Shown: one piece after another, positions 62,954 through 64,000 of the stretch
Numbering within the stretch: position 1 is the first letter of the stretch
Layout of the letters: the number at the start of each line of letters is the position of its first letter
DNA from: Eledone cirrhosa
Lineage: Eukaryota
Length of the DNA: 64,000 nt
Direction of reading: 5' to 3'
Assembly (NCBI GenBank): GCA_964016885.1
Contig: OZ024741.1
Coordinates: 340,380,001-340,444,000 of the forward strand
Translations under genes and position numbers: made by a program
Notes under the pieces: generated by a model
Seen by the model: the letters and a program-made list of their open reading frames with translations, nothing else
Database searches by the model: none
Told to the model about the DNA's origin: nothing

Positions 62954-64000
62954 GTATGTAATTAAGATGCAGCCCTGTCCTGTCAGTGATCAATAAGTAC
63001 TGACTTGTCAATGATGACTATTCCAATCCTTGCTAGCAGGGAAAATGGATGTAAAATGTTGAATAAAGACATCAGAGGGAAGCAAGAACCTTCAAGTCTT
63101 ATTGAAGATGAGACAATATAGGGCAGAAAGGATTCTTTGGTCTTGCTGGGGAGCAAGACAACAAATCTAGTGCTGGAGCAATAATATGATACAATACACT
63201 GTAAGTGTCTGGTGTTAGACTAAATATTCCACTGTAGAAACCATGTCTAAAATAGAACACATGTGTGAGGGTGGTGTTCTAGGAAAGAAAGCCTGAGTGT
63301 AGTGTTTAATGAAGGGTCTGAGGTGGTGATGGACAAAATAATGGTGACGAGAAATGAGAAAGTCAGGCATGCTTGAGTGGAGGTGGTAGAAAACAAATTA
63401 TTATGAGAGCAGAAGCTAATTTAGTCGTAGTAGGAAAGTAAGAGAAAGTAGACAGCATATCTGAGGGTCAGAGACTGGTGAACAAACTCATGTCAATCAA
63501 TTGAAGGGCTAATCTCTGGATGCAGTCAAAGATGCCAGTGTGTGTGTGTGTGTGTGTGTAGTCAGCAGCTCCACTGTCAGACATGATAGCAATATTTCAC
63601 TGATAGTTTGTAGACAGTCAGTGGTTGTTGGGTATGAAGTATTGTGTGGCATGGAAGAGGCAGGCCAGTTTTCATGATACAATCCTTGTTATGTTAAAGA
63701 TATATGTTTGCTAGAAGAAATCTTCAGTGACAGTGATTCTTAGTATCTGTAGTGATTCTTGTGGTTCTATTTATGTGCAGCTCATATTCATGGGGAGCGA
63801 TAGGAATGATATGTGATAATGTTTCATAACAAATGTGCAGTGAATGTGTATAGGCGGACTAATAAGCAAAGTGACACACTGGATCAGCAGGTGGGTGAAC
63901 AAGCGCAACAATTCAGCATCAATTTTGTTATTAAAGAGGAAATCACAGATTGTTGTAAAAATTTGCAATATTAAATTTAAGGACTTTAATTTTTAAGGTG

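Overview
AT-rich animal genomic DNA, most likely an octopus/coleoid cephalopod (inferred from the (TA)n microsatellite load, RTE LINE and SINE families, and a tandem C2H2 gene). Most ORFs in the track are microsatellite or retroelement noise. Reading splice sites gives four protein-coding genes and one tRNA. (1) The last exon of a mollusc-type single-pass membrane protein (583-908, +). (2) An 11-finger C2H2 zinc-finger gene (27591-29222, -). (3) A 7-exon PEMT-like gene (39687-~53460, +), not assembled by the ORF track. It keeps PEMT topology and exon structure but lacks most signature motifs, so it is a candidate pseudoenzyme. (4) The last coding exon of Elongin C (56116-56257, -). (5) A tRNA-Lys(UUU) gene with a 19-nt intron (36132-36223, -). 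The remainder is mobile DNA: RTE LINEs with a PHD-like finger inside the RT (one near full length), CR1-like, R4/Dong-like and Penelope-like remnants with degenerate hammerhead motifs, two SINE families, several MITEs and many long inverted repeats. Repeat boundaries are approximate. Comparisons with human proteins are recalled from memory and need confirming by alignment.
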